From a phage: a DNA stretch of 64,000 bases. Of this stretch, positions 37,739 to 47,086 are shown in pieces (position 1 is the first letter of the stretch; every line of letters starts with the position of its first letter). The stretch is from sequence record PX880101.1; one strand, written 5' to 3'. The notes under the pieces were generated by a model. It did not search any database. It saw only the letters and a list, made by a program, of their open reading frames with translations, and was not told the DNA's origin. A program made the translations under genes and the position numbers.

Positions 37739-38827
37739 TTAAAACTCCCAAATTTCTTCTTCAGCGTCGTTAACAGTTGTGTTGACGCGGTAGTCAGTGT
37801 TCGACATTTCTTGGTTCGCCGTCTGTTGTAATGAAGGTTTCATCCACACCTGCATGAACGGTAGCGGGTCCTTTGTTGGCGGCACAAAGTCTTTGTCGAT
37901 GTCGTAGTAATCATAAATCGGTGAGCAGTTATAGTCAACCCACTCTTTAAGCAACGGTGAGTTAAGACCTATAATCGCTCTTCCTTCGCTGAAAATATAG
38001 TCACTCCAACCGTACTCTTTGGTTCGTACTTCATCAAAAATCTCTTTTAACTCCCCCTTTATCTCAAGGAAGCTTTTCTCCCATGCGGGATCATTAAGCA
38101 AGATATCAATGATGGCAAAATCACCTTTCGAATGTAGCATTTCGTCAAGCATGATTTTTTGAACAAGCTGCGCCACCTGAACAAAGATACCCTGTTCAGC
38201 TACTGCGAAAGTGCATGCAAAACTTGCAATAAACTCAATACTTTCCAGAGCTAAAAGCGCAAAAAGCGCTCTAAGAATGCATTTCCGCACAATATCTTCT
38301 TCAACACTAGAAGGATCCAAGCGGTATTTTGCACCAATAACCTCAAGCTCTTGCATGTATTTGACAATAACGCCGGATCTGCTCAGAACGTTTTGGTTTT
38401 CCTGAATCTCTTCTATAATCTCACGGGCATTGGGGAGGCATTGTCTAACAATCTCTGAGTAAGTTAGTGCGTGAAGAACTTCAATCTCTGACTGTTTCAT
38501 CAATAGAGTGAAAAGCTCACTATTAGTGATGAATGGTGAAAAGAGGCAGATGATCGATCTTGCCGCAACGCTATCAGCCTCCCATTGCCACATCAAGGTC
38601 TGCACCATCACGTCATAAGTTGACTTTGAGCATGTTACAAAATCTGAAATAGATTGCGACAAATCCACTTCATCCTCTGCCCAATCTTGCTCTTTTTGTT
38701 TTTTGTATAGTTCAAACAGTTGTGGATATTTTTTGTTGATAGAGTCGTACATACCCATTTGCTGTCCCAGAAACAGCGGATAGTCACCAGTTTTATGAGC
38801 GGTGTTCTCAGCATTAAATACAGCCAT
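37739..38827 (-). CDS. nrdB: ribonucleotide reductase class Ia small subunit
   Basis: Ferritin-like R2 pattern with conserved E/H residues; start set at ATG after agaggtag RBS rather than the upstream M that would overlap nrdA. Confidence 0.85.
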   Translation of the reverse strand: MAVFNAENTAHKTGDYPLFLGQQMGMYDSINKKYPQLFELYKKQKEQDWAEDEVDLSQSISDFVTCSKSTYDVMVQTLMWQWEADSVAARSIICLFSPFITNSELFTLLMKQSEIEVLHALTYSEIVRQCLPNAREIIEEIQENQNVLSRSGVIVKYMQELEVIGAKYRLDPSSVEEDIVRKCILRALFALLALESIEFIASFACTFAVAEQGIFVQVAQLVQKIMLDEMLHSKGDFAIIDILLNDPAWEKSFLEIKGELKEIFDEVRTKEYGWSDYIFSEGRAIIGLNSPLLKEWVDYNCSPIYDYYDIDKDFVPPTKDPLPFMQVWMKPSLQQTANQEMSNTDYRVNTTVNDAEEEIWEF

Positions 38828-38844
38828 TATTCTACCTCTAAAAT

Positions 38845-38858
38845 GGGGCCGAAGCCCC
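38845..38858 (-). promoter_or_regulatory. intergenic hairpin between nrdA stop and nrdB start
   Basis: ggggccgaagcccc perfect stem-loop. Confidence 0.4.
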
Positions 38859-38865
38859 TTTAAAA

Positions 38866-41181
38866 TTATAGTGCACAGCTTTCGCAATACGGATCTTCAA
38901 CTGAACTATCTGCAATCAAAGGATAGTTCTTTCTGGTTTCATCTTCAGCCTGTTTCTTGGCATGAAGTTCCTCTGCCAAGGAGTCACCAGCACCAACCCT
39001 AGAGTTTAAATAATACCATGTCTTCATCCCGAATTTAGTGGCACGGATAAGGTACCCTAACTGCTCCTTCATTGAAATTTTACCATCTTTCAACTTGGTG
39101 TAGTCTATGTATAAATCCGCGCTGATTGCCTGACCTGTGAATTTTTGAATCACGGCATACATATCGATCATGTCGTTAGTATCAACGTCCCAAGCCGAGG
39201 TGTAATACTCTTTCAACTCATCATAGTCAGGAACGATAAACAGCACCTGCCCTTGTGGCGACTTTTTAAAGATAATGTGCTCACGGACAGGATAAACCCC
39301 GTTAGTGGTGTTTGTTGCCAGCGAAGAGCTTTCATTAGGCATATATGCTTCAAGAACGCTATTACGTAGCCCACCATTCTCAATGATTTCTTTACGTAAC
39401 CCTTCCCAATCCTGTTTAAGAGAAGGATCTTTCACCACGCTATCGACCTCTTTGTTATAGGTGTCGATTGGTAACCAACCTTCTGGATATTTTGTTTTAT
39501 GCATCCACTCGCAGACACCACGCTCTTTTGCCAACCGTAAACTTGCCTTATGCAAGCTGTAGCTGTGAAGTTCTGCAAGATCGTGAACGAGCTGTTTACT
39601 TTCAGGAGACCCGTAAGTAACCTTGTGGCTGGCAATAAAATGTGCAACATTGGTAAGGCCAACCCCGATGGATCTGCGTTTTTTAACTGTGCTTTCCATA
39701 TTTTCATACGGATATGTCATGATTTCCATAACATTGTCAATCATAAGCACCGTATAGTATGCAACATCCTCATACTCCTCTGGAGTAACCCTCCCAGCTA
39801 CAAGAGATGACAGGAAGCACAATGCAACCTCTCCATCATCAGCATCGTACTTGAAGATATTACGCATATCTGAATAGCCTTTTGTCGGGAGGGCTATTTC
39901 TGCACACAGGTTGCTTGAATAGATCACATCTTTAAAAGGTGTATGTCTATTCATCTCATCTGTCCAGTATACGTACAGCCTTCCCACCTCAGTGCGCTGC
40001 GTGATCAGTTCAACAGCAAGATCTCTAGCTCGGATCCATGTTTTAGGAATACTGTCATCTTTAGCAATACGATCAACCTCTGCATCAAACTCCTCCATAG
40101 ACATGGTGAAGATACCCTCATGCAGTTGAGGCGCGTGCTTATAAGAAACAAGCATCCAATCTAAATTCTTAGCCACACGGTTGATAAACGACCTATTAAT
40201 ACCGATGGAGTAGTCCATGGTGTTGATTCTTTTTGAAGCAACAGTCATAGGGTTTCTCAAACGGATTAGCTCATCAATCTGCGGGTCCAGTGCAAGGAAT
40301 GATACTGTTGCAGAACCACCACGTGATTGTTGTCTGTTCTCCTTAACCCCAGCATCAATACCTCGATAATATGGAATCTTACCCATATGTTTAATAGTGT
40401 TACCACGAACACCATCGCCTGCAGATCTTGAGGATAAGTAGTAGCCGATACCTGCTTGGTTAACCGTCATTGTGTACGCAACTTCACGTGCCACACCAAT
40501 AGATTTTGCTGTATCGTCAGCTTTTATTACACAACAAGATGCATACCCTGTCTTACCTGTGCGCAGCCCGTTTAAGTACGGTGTTGGGGCATTGATCTTT
40601 AAGTCGGACAGATAAGTGTATAATTTTACAACATCGTTGATACGACGTTCTTTCGGCATATTCTTCATGACAGCCATTGCTATCCCCATAAACATCATCT
40701 GGGGAGATTCAAACAAGGTGTCTTTAAGAGTATCCTTGATCCCGTATTTGTCGCGAAACTGTTTAAGGACTGCATAGCCATAACCGAGATCTTTACTGTG
40801 GTCAATAACAGCGTCTAAAGTGTTTAGCTCGGTAAAGCTATAACCCATATCCTCCCAATAACCTTTCTCAACCATGTCATTGTAAAATGATGGTAAGGAA
40901 GGGATCTTTGTAAACCCTCCAAAAGCCTCTTTATAGATCTGACCAATAAGAACACGACCAGCCATACGGGAATGTGCTTCGTCTTTACGGCTAACACAAG
41001 AGTCTATAATAGCTTGGTTAACTTCTTTGGTTGTACATCCATCATACAACCGCTTGTAGGCATCCAGTGCAATATGTGACCAATTGCCGTTACCATCGTC
41101 ACCGAAAATAGCTGCCTTATTTAAACGTTCTGGATCGAATGCCACTTCACATCCGTTGCTTTTAATTACCTTGGTGATCAA
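38866..41181 (-). CDS. nrdA: ribonucleotide reductase class Ia large subunit
   Basis: N-terminal ATP-cone, active-site NLCAEIALPT motif, 771 aa. Confidence 0.9.
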   Translation of the reverse strand: MITKVIKSNGCEVAFDPERLNKAAIFGDDGNGNWSHIALDAYKRLYDGCTTKEVNQAIIDSCVSRKDEAHSRMAGRVLIGQIYKEAFGGFTKIPSLPSFYNDMVEKGYWEDMGYSFTELNTLDAVIDHSKDLGYGYAVLKQFRDKYGIKDTLKDTLFESPQMMFMGIAMAVMKNMPKERRINDVVKLYTYLSDLKINAPTPYLNGLRTGKTGYASCCVIKADDTAKSIGVAREVAYTMTVNQAGIGYYLSSRSAGDGVRGNTIKHMGKIPYYRGIDAGVKENRQQSRGGSATVSFLALDPQIDELIRLRNPMTVASKRINTMDYSIGINRSFINRVAKNLDWMLVSYKHAPQLHEGIFTMSMEEFDAEVDRIAKDDSIPKTWIRARDLAVELITQRTEVGRLYVYWTDEMNRHTPFKDVIYSSNLCAEIALPTKGYSDMRNIFKYDADDGEVALCFLSSLVAGRVTPEEYEDVAYYTVLMIDNVMEIMTYPYENMESTVKKRRSIGVGLTNVAHFIASHKVTYGSPESKQLVHDLAELHSYSLHKASLRLAKERGVCEWMHKTKYPEGWLPIDTYNKEVDSVVKDPSLKQDWEGLRKEIIENGGLRNSVLEAYMPNESSSLATNTTNGVYPVREHIIFKKSPQGQVLFIVPDYDELKEYYTSAWDVDTNDMIDMYAVIQKFTGQAISADLYIDYTKLKDGKISMKEQLGYLIRATKFGMKTWYYLNSRVGAGDSLAEELHAKKQAEDETRKNYPLIADSSVEDPYCESCAL

Positions 41182-41486
41182 TTTGCTTCCTCCACTTCAC
41201 TAACGTATTTATCAAGGCAGGTATCAGTATCTTGCTGGATAAAAGTATCCTCTTCTACAGAGATATTTATAATTTTACCTGTATACTCGTCATAATAGAC
41301 ATCATCATACATTTTAATATCGTTTGTCAGGCCATTGAACCAAAGCCAACCAACATACTCTGCCCGACTTGCAAAACCAAGATCCTTCCACTTGGAGTTA
41401 TGACTCATCTTCACCACCTTAGCTTTCAATACCGAATAATTTTTCCAGGCGATGCAGATCTTCAAAATTGAAAGGTTCATCAACAA
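41178..41486 (-). CDS. hypothetical protein
   Basis: ORF; 4 nt overlap with nrdA. Confidence 0.4.
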   Translation of the reverse strand: MLMNLSILKICIAWKNYSVLKAKVVKMSHNSKWKDLGFASRAEYVGWLWFNGLTNDIKMYDDVYYDEYTGKIINISVEEDTFIQQDTDTCLDKYVSEVEEAN

Positions 41487-41919
41487 TATGAATATCTTCA
41501 GCCTTTTCAGATTGTTTTGTATACTTTCTTACATTAACACGATCCTCTACAGGGATATCATACGGGAGATCTTGAACAAGCATTGCCTCACCAGGTGCTT
41601 TATCTACATCTAAAATATCTACACCGTTATACATTTGTGGGTATCTAAAGTCTGCACGCATGACACCAGCAAATACATCTGCCTTTCGATAATGTGTTGG
41701 CTTATTTTTGCATCGAACGTTTTTTCCACGAAGAACATCAATACTTTTTAAATCAAACCCTACGGCAAAGAGTGCAGCTCGGAGACCGTTTCGTGTGCGA
41801 ACGTTAAACCCGGGGACGGTAGATAGAAAATCTAAAGTAACTGAAATAAATGTCTTTTTAGGAATCATAACATTACTCATATCTGTCTCCATTTCTGGCT
41901 CACCAACAAAGTGAGCCAT
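41419..41919 (-). CDS. hypothetical protein
   Basis: ORF. Confidence 0.45.
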   Translation of the reverse strand: MAHFVGEPEMETDMSNVMIPKKTFISVTLDFLSTVPGFNVRTRNGLRAALFAVGFDLKSIDVLRGKNVRCKNKPTHYRKADVFAGVMRADFRYPQMYNGVDILDVDKAPGEAMLVQDLPYDIPVEDRVNVRKYTKQSEKAEDIHIVDEPFNFEDLHRLEKLFGIES

Positions 41920-41978
41920 TATTATAGATTATCTAATACTATTAGTCAACACAAAAGTTACCTATCGCTGTGATAGGA

Positions 41979-42962
41979 TTAACCTTTCACGAAGTGGTTA
42001 TTAAGCAGTTGTCTGTGCTGAACCCACCCACAAAAGTTGGCAGACCAGAATTTACCATCACGGTCTTGATGGGTTACACCTTCCTGCCAAGTACTGATGT
42101 CTTGTGTGATTTCACATGAAGACAGGTAGTAGTTTAAACGTTCCATTGCGTTATCGTGATCCATAGGTGTTGCCTGGTGCTCGTAAGGGCTTGCATGAAT
42201 ACGATCCCCACCAATCAATTTTTTAGCCACACTATCTGCCTTTTCAAACGTGCTGTCAATATTTCGATAAGATACTTGTGCACAGCAACTAGCACTGATA
42301 GACAGAGCTTCTTTAGTATCGAGAATGCAGAGCTTTCCTTCTGTGTCACGTACAGCGTAGTTAAACTCTCCGTCCAAATAAACGTGCTCTACATATGGGG
42401 TGTGCCATTGACCCGGTTTAAGGATTTCAGGAGTGCTATTCTCAAGAGCCTCCCACATACAATTAGCTAACATCTGAATCGTAGGATCCGCATCGTGCCA
42501 GCAACGGAGGTGGAAAAAATTATTCCACTCGGTGCTTGTTACAACTGTTTTCATGCGCTGGAACGGCTCCACTAAGCGGTTACATACTTGCTTATGGTAA
42601 CCAGCAAGGGCGAACTTCTCTGCATGCCAAGCGGCGTTTTTTGCAGCTTCTTTCCAAAACTCTTCAGGAGTTAGCTCCATGTCAGTGTACTCTACACGGA
42701 TCTTTTGATCGTGTTCCCCACCATCTTCCATTCCTCGCTTATTTACACCGAAGCGAACTGGCATTGCCGGATTCTCCACAATCTGTTGCAGCATCTTGCC
42801 GACAGGTACTGCACGGGAAGACATGGCGTTTCGGCTGAACACTCGGTGCGTCATAAGCTCTGAGTGAATAATTCGAGGGTACTCTAGTTCAAAAGTGGTG
42901 ATACGCTTACCTTTCTCGGAAATGCTGTCAGCAATAATCTTTGCAGTGCACAGTTTTAGCAT
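41979..42962 (-). CDS. putative flavin-dependent thymidylate synthase (ThyX-like, divergent)
   Basis: THRVFSRNAMSS fits the ThyX RHR-x7-S signature with T in place of the first R; longer than typical ThyX. Confidence 0.4.
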   Translation of the reverse strand: MLKLCTAKIIADSISEKGKRITTFELEYPRIIHSELMTHRVFSRNAMSSRAVPVGKMLQQIVENPAMPVRFGVNKRGMEDGGEHDQKIRVEYTDMELTPEEFWKEAAKNAAWHAEKFALAGYHKQVCNRLVEPFQRMKTVVTSTEWNNFFHLRCWHDADPTIQMLANCMWEALENSTPEILKPGQWHTPYVEHVYLDGEFNYAVRDTEGKLCILDTKEALSISASCCAQVSYRNIDSTFEKADSVAKKLIGGDRIHASPYEHQATPMDHDNAMERLNYYLSSCEITQDISTWQEGVTHQDRDGKFWSANFCGWVQHRQLLNNHFVKG

Positions 42963-43162
42963 TATTTAGCTCTCCTTGTTTTAATTTTGGAAATTTCGTC
43001 TGGGTTTATGTTGGCCTTAAATGCAAGGTATCTGTTGAACATGTCAGAGCACATATCTTGGGTGATCCTAGAGGCATACACTAGCTTACCTCCTAGATCA
43101 TACACCTCTAGCCAGTCACCGTATCTGACTACAGGATCGCCACCTTTAGAACATCTGCCCAT
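42962..43162 (-). CDS. hypothetical small protein
   Basis: ORF. Confidence 0.4.
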   Translation of the reverse strand: MGRCSKGGDPVVRYGDWLEVYDLGGKLVYASRITQDMCSDMFNRYLAFKANINPDEISKIKTRRAK

Positions 43163-43163
43163 T

Positions 43164-43757
43164 TCAAATACCTTCTAAAAATTTTCCTATTTTATACCAG
43201 CTATTAGCGGTATAGTCAACACTGACCTTTAACTCCTCGAATTGCTCATAAGGCGTATCTTTTAGGATTTTAATAACTTCAGGTCGTGAAGCGAATTGGT
43301 TCAGGTATTCATGCCTGTCGTCAATTATAACATCTACAGCCACATTCCCTTTGAAATGTGTGGCGTAGAAGCCGTGGCCCTGGGTGTGATCGTCCAGATC
43401 CATAAAATCACTGGTCCAACGCTTTAAGAACCTTGATTTAGATGCAAGGTGACCTTTCTTGCATACCGAGATAAATGCAAGCTTGTGACCACGAGCCACC
43501 AAATCTTTCATAACCTCAATAGCCCCCTCTTCAGGCTTAAGGAAGTCGTAGAGGAACGGATCACTCCAGAAATCAAAAGGTCCTATGATGTTTTCTTTGG
43601 GACGATCAGGCCAATACTTTGACAGATCGTAATACATTAGCCCATTAGAAGGTTTAGCCACTGTCTTACTGGCTGGACCATACAAACGCTCCAACCACTC
43701 CCACCATGCTGTTCCTGAATCTACCAGTGTCAGATCTACATCAATTCCGATTAACAT
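43164..43757 (-). CDS. HAD-superfamily 5'(3')-deoxyribonucleotidase-like protein
   Basis: N-terminal DxDxT motif (IGIDVDLTLVD). Confidence 0.55.
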   Translation of the reverse strand: MLIGIDVDLTLVDSGTAWWEWLERLYGPASKTVAKPSNGLMYYDLSKYWPDRPKENIIGPFDFWSDPFLYDFLKPEEGAIEVMKDLVARGHKLAFISVCKKGHLASKSRFLKRWTSDFMDLDDHTQGHGFYATHFKGNVAVDVIIDDRHEYLNQFASRPEVIKILKDTPYEQFEELKVSVDYTANSWYKIGKFLEGI

Positions 43758-44368
43758 TCTTCTTGGGCCTCTTTAGCATCAATATACTTGCACACAATCT
43801 CCGATGCACACTCCCAAGGTGCACCTTCAGGGTTTACAACATCAAACTCAACCCCTTTTATTCCGTTCTTTTCCAGACTTAGATAGGTTCTGGAATCATT
43901 TCCCCAGTCATATCCTACACGGTGAATACGGAACAACAACAGATCTCCACCTGTGCTGTATGCGTACTCGCTAAGGCATGCCAGCTCCTCTTTGAATCCC
44001 CCATCGGAGTAAACAATAACCCCTTTACCTTCAGGGAAATCTTTCTTCAAAGATGCGACTGCGGCTTTACCGAAAGCATCTTCACCAAAGATAGGTTTAA
44101 TCAGATTTTCACTACAATGGATCATCCATTCTCGCGGAGAAACATGCTTGCCGTCTATCATTAAGAAAGGGCAAGGCTCTTCTTTGTAGTGGCGGTCATA
44201 AAGTGCATTCCAGAGTTGAGGAGTTACACCAGCTGCCTTAATTGCCACGCTGAAGAGCATCTCCTTAACCTCACGGTGGTGTGAGTTAGGAATAGCTTCC
44301 AACAAGAGATCTGCAATGTGATCCTTACCACTGCTGGGTGGGGCGTTAAGAACAATAATATCCATCAA
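43751..44368 (-). CDS. P-loop nucleotide (dNMP) kinase-like protein
   Basis: Walker A NAPPSSGKD at N-terminus; located within the nucleotide metabolism cluster. Confidence 0.5.
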   Translation of the reverse strand: MMDIIVLNAPPSSGKDHIADLLLEAIPNSHHREVKEMLFSVAIKAAGVTPQLWNALYDRHYKEEPCPFLMIDGKHVSPREWMIHCSENLIKPIFGEDAFGKAAVASLKKDFPEGKGVIVYSDGGFKEELACLSEYAYSTGGDLLLFRIHRVGYDWGNDSRTYLSLEKNGIKGVEFDVVNPEGAPWECASEIVCKYIDAKEAQEEC

Positions 44369-44568
44369 AAACCTCCGTGGTATTCTTCAACTGCATCAAT
44401 AATACTTTTACACTTATCTACCAGCTCGTTAGCCACTACAGCATCGTCTTCCCAAACAGCTTCCTCAATCTGATCAAGCAATGATCGCATCTTACCCATC
44501 ATTTCTGGGATAAAGTTTTCTGAAAAGCTGTCTGGAATTGTTAACTTTAGTGTCATTGCGGTCTCCAA
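44365..44568 (-). CDS. hypothetical small protein
   Basis: ORF. Confidence 0.4.
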   Translation of the reverse strand: METAMTLKLTIPDSFSENFIPEMMGKMRSLLDQIEEAVWEDDAVVANELVDKCKSIIDAVEEYHGGF

Positions 44569-44583
44569 TCATACTATGCGTTA

Positions 44584-45042
44584 TTAGAAGTTTGTTTTTA
44601 CACGTCCCTTTTCATCAACTTCGTTGTTAGCTAAAAGCGTTACAAAGTCTGTGAAACGGACATGAAGAACTCTTTTCTTGTCAAGGTATCCTAAAGCCAC
44701 CCCTGAGAAATTTAGCATCAAAGGGGCTAAAGAAGCTCTAGCACTGAAATGCTGTTGTTCTACCCTTCCAACACCCTTAGTATAGGATGGGTTGAGATTG
44801 TAAGTTCTGAATCCAAGTTTTGTTGGAGCTTTAGAATTAAAAACAACTTTGTAGCGTTTCTTACTCAACTTATGCTCCAGGATAAGCATTCCCTTATCGC
44901 CCTTGATAAGTTGAAAATCTGTAAAGTGCTCTTTTAAGACGAAAGGTAGTGCCAGTCCCATCGCCTGCCCCCTTTGTACCGCTGTCTCACCAAAAGCTTT
45001 TGCATCAGTAAGTTCTTTGGTCAAGTCTATGCTTTTGATCAT
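44584..45042 (-). CDS. hypothetical protein
   Basis: ORF. Confidence 0.45.
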   Translation of the reverse strand: MIKSIDLTKELTDAKAFGETAVQRGQAMGLALPFVLKEHFTDFQLIKGDKGMLILEHKLSKKRYKVVFNSKAPTKLGFRTYNLNPSYTKGVGRVEQQHFSARASLAPLMLNFSGVALGYLDKKRVLHVRFTDFVTLLANNEVDEKGRVKTNF

Positions 45043-45853
45043 ACCTAGTCTCCAAAATGTATTGTAGTTCTTTCTTACCTATACTCTTCATTCCGGCAGT
45101 CTTACCTGCTTCTTCTTGAAAGGAAGAATAGCATTCAGCAAACACTCTGTCAACACCGTCAACTAAAGATTTTATGAAATATGTTGATTCTTCAGATTTT
45201 GGGTCATCCTCCCCCAATACTTTTCCAGCATTATACCCAACACGTCTTACACAGAAGTCGTAGTCATCTGGAGTGCTAAAAGAAAATAACCTATTCTCCC
45301 CAATCTCTACAGGATCCCTATTGCACTCCTTTTTCTCCCAAATTTGGAAAACACATGGCACGTCATAAGGTTTGCCATTAAGTAAAAACGAATTCTTAGG
45401 GCACCTTTCGCTGTAGACAAGGTGCATCGACATGTCCAGTTTGTTTGCAAAAAATATTTTTTCAAATGTCCGTGGCAAGATGAAGGCTATAGCCCCTCCA
45501 AGCTCTAGCAATGATGCACAATGGTTGAAGAATTTGCAAGCTAAAGATGAATTCTTGCCAAATGGTGGGTTACCTATGAAGACATCTGCCTTGGGATGAA
45601 CCTCCAAGAAGTTTGCCTGAATGCACGGTGTTGGTCCTTCAAATTCAGGATCTGGTACTAAATCGTACGACAGTATCTCTGAAAATAGTTTTGAAAAAGA
45701 ACCCCTTCCAGCAGAAGGCTCAACGTATGCACAATTCCCATACTTATCTTTTACTTTACCAACAAGATATTCTGCATACTCAGGGTTTGTGTAATATTTG
45801 TCGTTGGACTCTTTCTTGCTCAAAGTGCCTCCAAAAGGAAAAGGGAGGCGCAA
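45005..45853 (-). CDS. DNA N6-adenine methyltransferase
   Basis: SAM-binding-like EPSAGRGSF and catalytic NPPF (FIGNPPFGKN). Confidence 0.6.
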   Translation of the reverse strand: MRLPFPFGGTLSKKESNDKYYTNPEYAEYLVGKVKDKYGNCAYVEPSAGRGSFSKLFSEILSYDLVPDPEFEGPTPCIQANFLEVHPKADVFIGNPPFGKNSSLACKFFNHCASLLELGGAIAFILPRTFEKIFFANKLDMSMHLVYSERCPKNSFLLNGKPYDVPCVFQIWEKKECNRDPVEIGENRLFSFSTPDDYDFCVRRVGYNAGKVLGEDDPKSEESTYFIKSLVDGVDRVFAECYSSFQEEAGKTAGMKSIGKKELQYILETRYDQKHRLDQRTY

Positions 45854-45868
45854 GCCTCCCTATAATTG

Positions 45869-46852
45869 TTAGATTATCTGAATCAGGGTGTTTTTCATTT
45901 CTTCTCTGGTACGGATGTTGTTACGGTCACGAACAACAGATCCACAACCTTCGCAGCGGTATGTTTTAAATGCACTCAGCTGAGTATATGCCAAAGCTTC
46001 TTCCTCGTGAAGGTGTTCTCCACCACAGCGTGGGCAACGAACCTTTGGCTCCTCGTCCTGGTAGTACAATGACATGTTTGGGTGCTGCTTAGCAAACGGG
46101 CGAGCCAGCAAATACAGTCCTTCCAGAGACAGGATATCACCAACATTATACTCCCGCATCTGTTTAAATGCCTCAAGATCGCCATGGACACACTTGATCC
46201 ACATTTCAAATGTGTGATCAATCAGTTTCTGTCTGGCCAGTTGGAAGTATTTGCATGCATACTCCAAAGTGTTTGCATTCAAACGGAATGCCTTCTTGAT
46301 CATTTTAAGGGTGTCAACCTCTTTGTAGGGGCTTGTTGGAGGCAACCCGTGAAATGCAAATCGTTGGTTGGCCCACCCGCAGTCAAAACCTGAATTGTGG
46401 GCTACTGCGACATCGCATTTATCCAGATAATACCACAAATCCTGAATCAATTCGAGATCATTGTGAATATCCTCATCCCACATTTTGTAATCGGGAAGAG
46501 CGCAGTCAACCACACTAGGGCTGTCTAACCACTTACCTGCGAAAGTTAGCATATAAGGCATAACTTCAATACCACAGGTTTGAATGTTGGTCTTATAGTG
46601 CCCAAAGAACCAGCCGTTTGTTGGGGATGTCTCTGTATCATACACCCAAACTTTAGCGCCTTTGTGCTCTTCAAGGAAGCGCTCCGTTGCTTCTCCTACA
46701 ATCTCTGACATATTCTCTTGTGCACGTTTAAGCTGTAGTCGGATCCAGCTCTCACGTGACTCACGGCCTAAAAATTCACGAGCAATTTGTCTATTAGTGT
46801 ATCCCTGTTGCTTTAGTGTTAAAATTTGCTCAAGAGTTAACTTTGTCATCAT
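45869..46852 (-). CDS. DnaQ-like (DEDD) 3'-5' exonuclease with N-terminal HTH and C-terminal zinc ribbon
   Basis: Exo I VWVYDTETS, Exo II HNSGFDCGW, N-terminal LTLEQILTLKQQGYTNRQIAREF, C-terminal CPRCGG...CEGCG. Confidence 0.5.
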   Translation of the reverse strand: MMTKLTLEQILTLKQQGYTNRQIAREFLGRESRESWIRLQLKRAQENMSEIVGEATERFLEEHKGAKVWVYDTETSPTNGWFFGHYKTNIQTCGIEVMPYMLTFAGKWLDSPSVVDCALPDYKMWDEDIHNDLELIQDLWYYLDKCDVAVAHNSGFDCGWANQRFAFHGLPPTSPYKEVDTLKMIKKAFRLNANTLEYACKYFQLARQKLIDHTFEMWIKCVHGDLEAFKQMREYNVGDILSLEGLYLLARPFAKQHPNMSLYYQDEEPKVRCPRCGGEHLHEEEALAYTQLSAFKTYRCEGCGSVVRDRNNIRTREEMKNTLIQII

Positions 46853-46864
46853 CGTTAAGATTCC

Positions 46865-47086
46865 TTAGTAAAACTGAAGAATGTCTTTTAAAGCGAAGTC
46901 ACGATATTCGCCCTTGTCTACATCGAAGGCACGCATCAACCACTGCTCTTCTTTATGATACTCTGTAGAGCCAAACCATAAATTAGGCTCAGTAACGCAG
47001 CGATCTGCAACAACACCTTTCCAGTTACGGTATTTCATCCTGATCAGGACTGAGTCGCAAGGATTGAATACCTTTTTCATCCCCAT
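46865..47086 (-). CDS. hypothetical small protein
   Basis: ORF. Confidence 0.4.
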   Translation of the reverse strand: MGMKKVFNPCDSVLIRMKYRNWKGVVADRCVTEPNLWFGSTEYHKEEQWLMRAFDVDKGEYRDFALKDILQFY

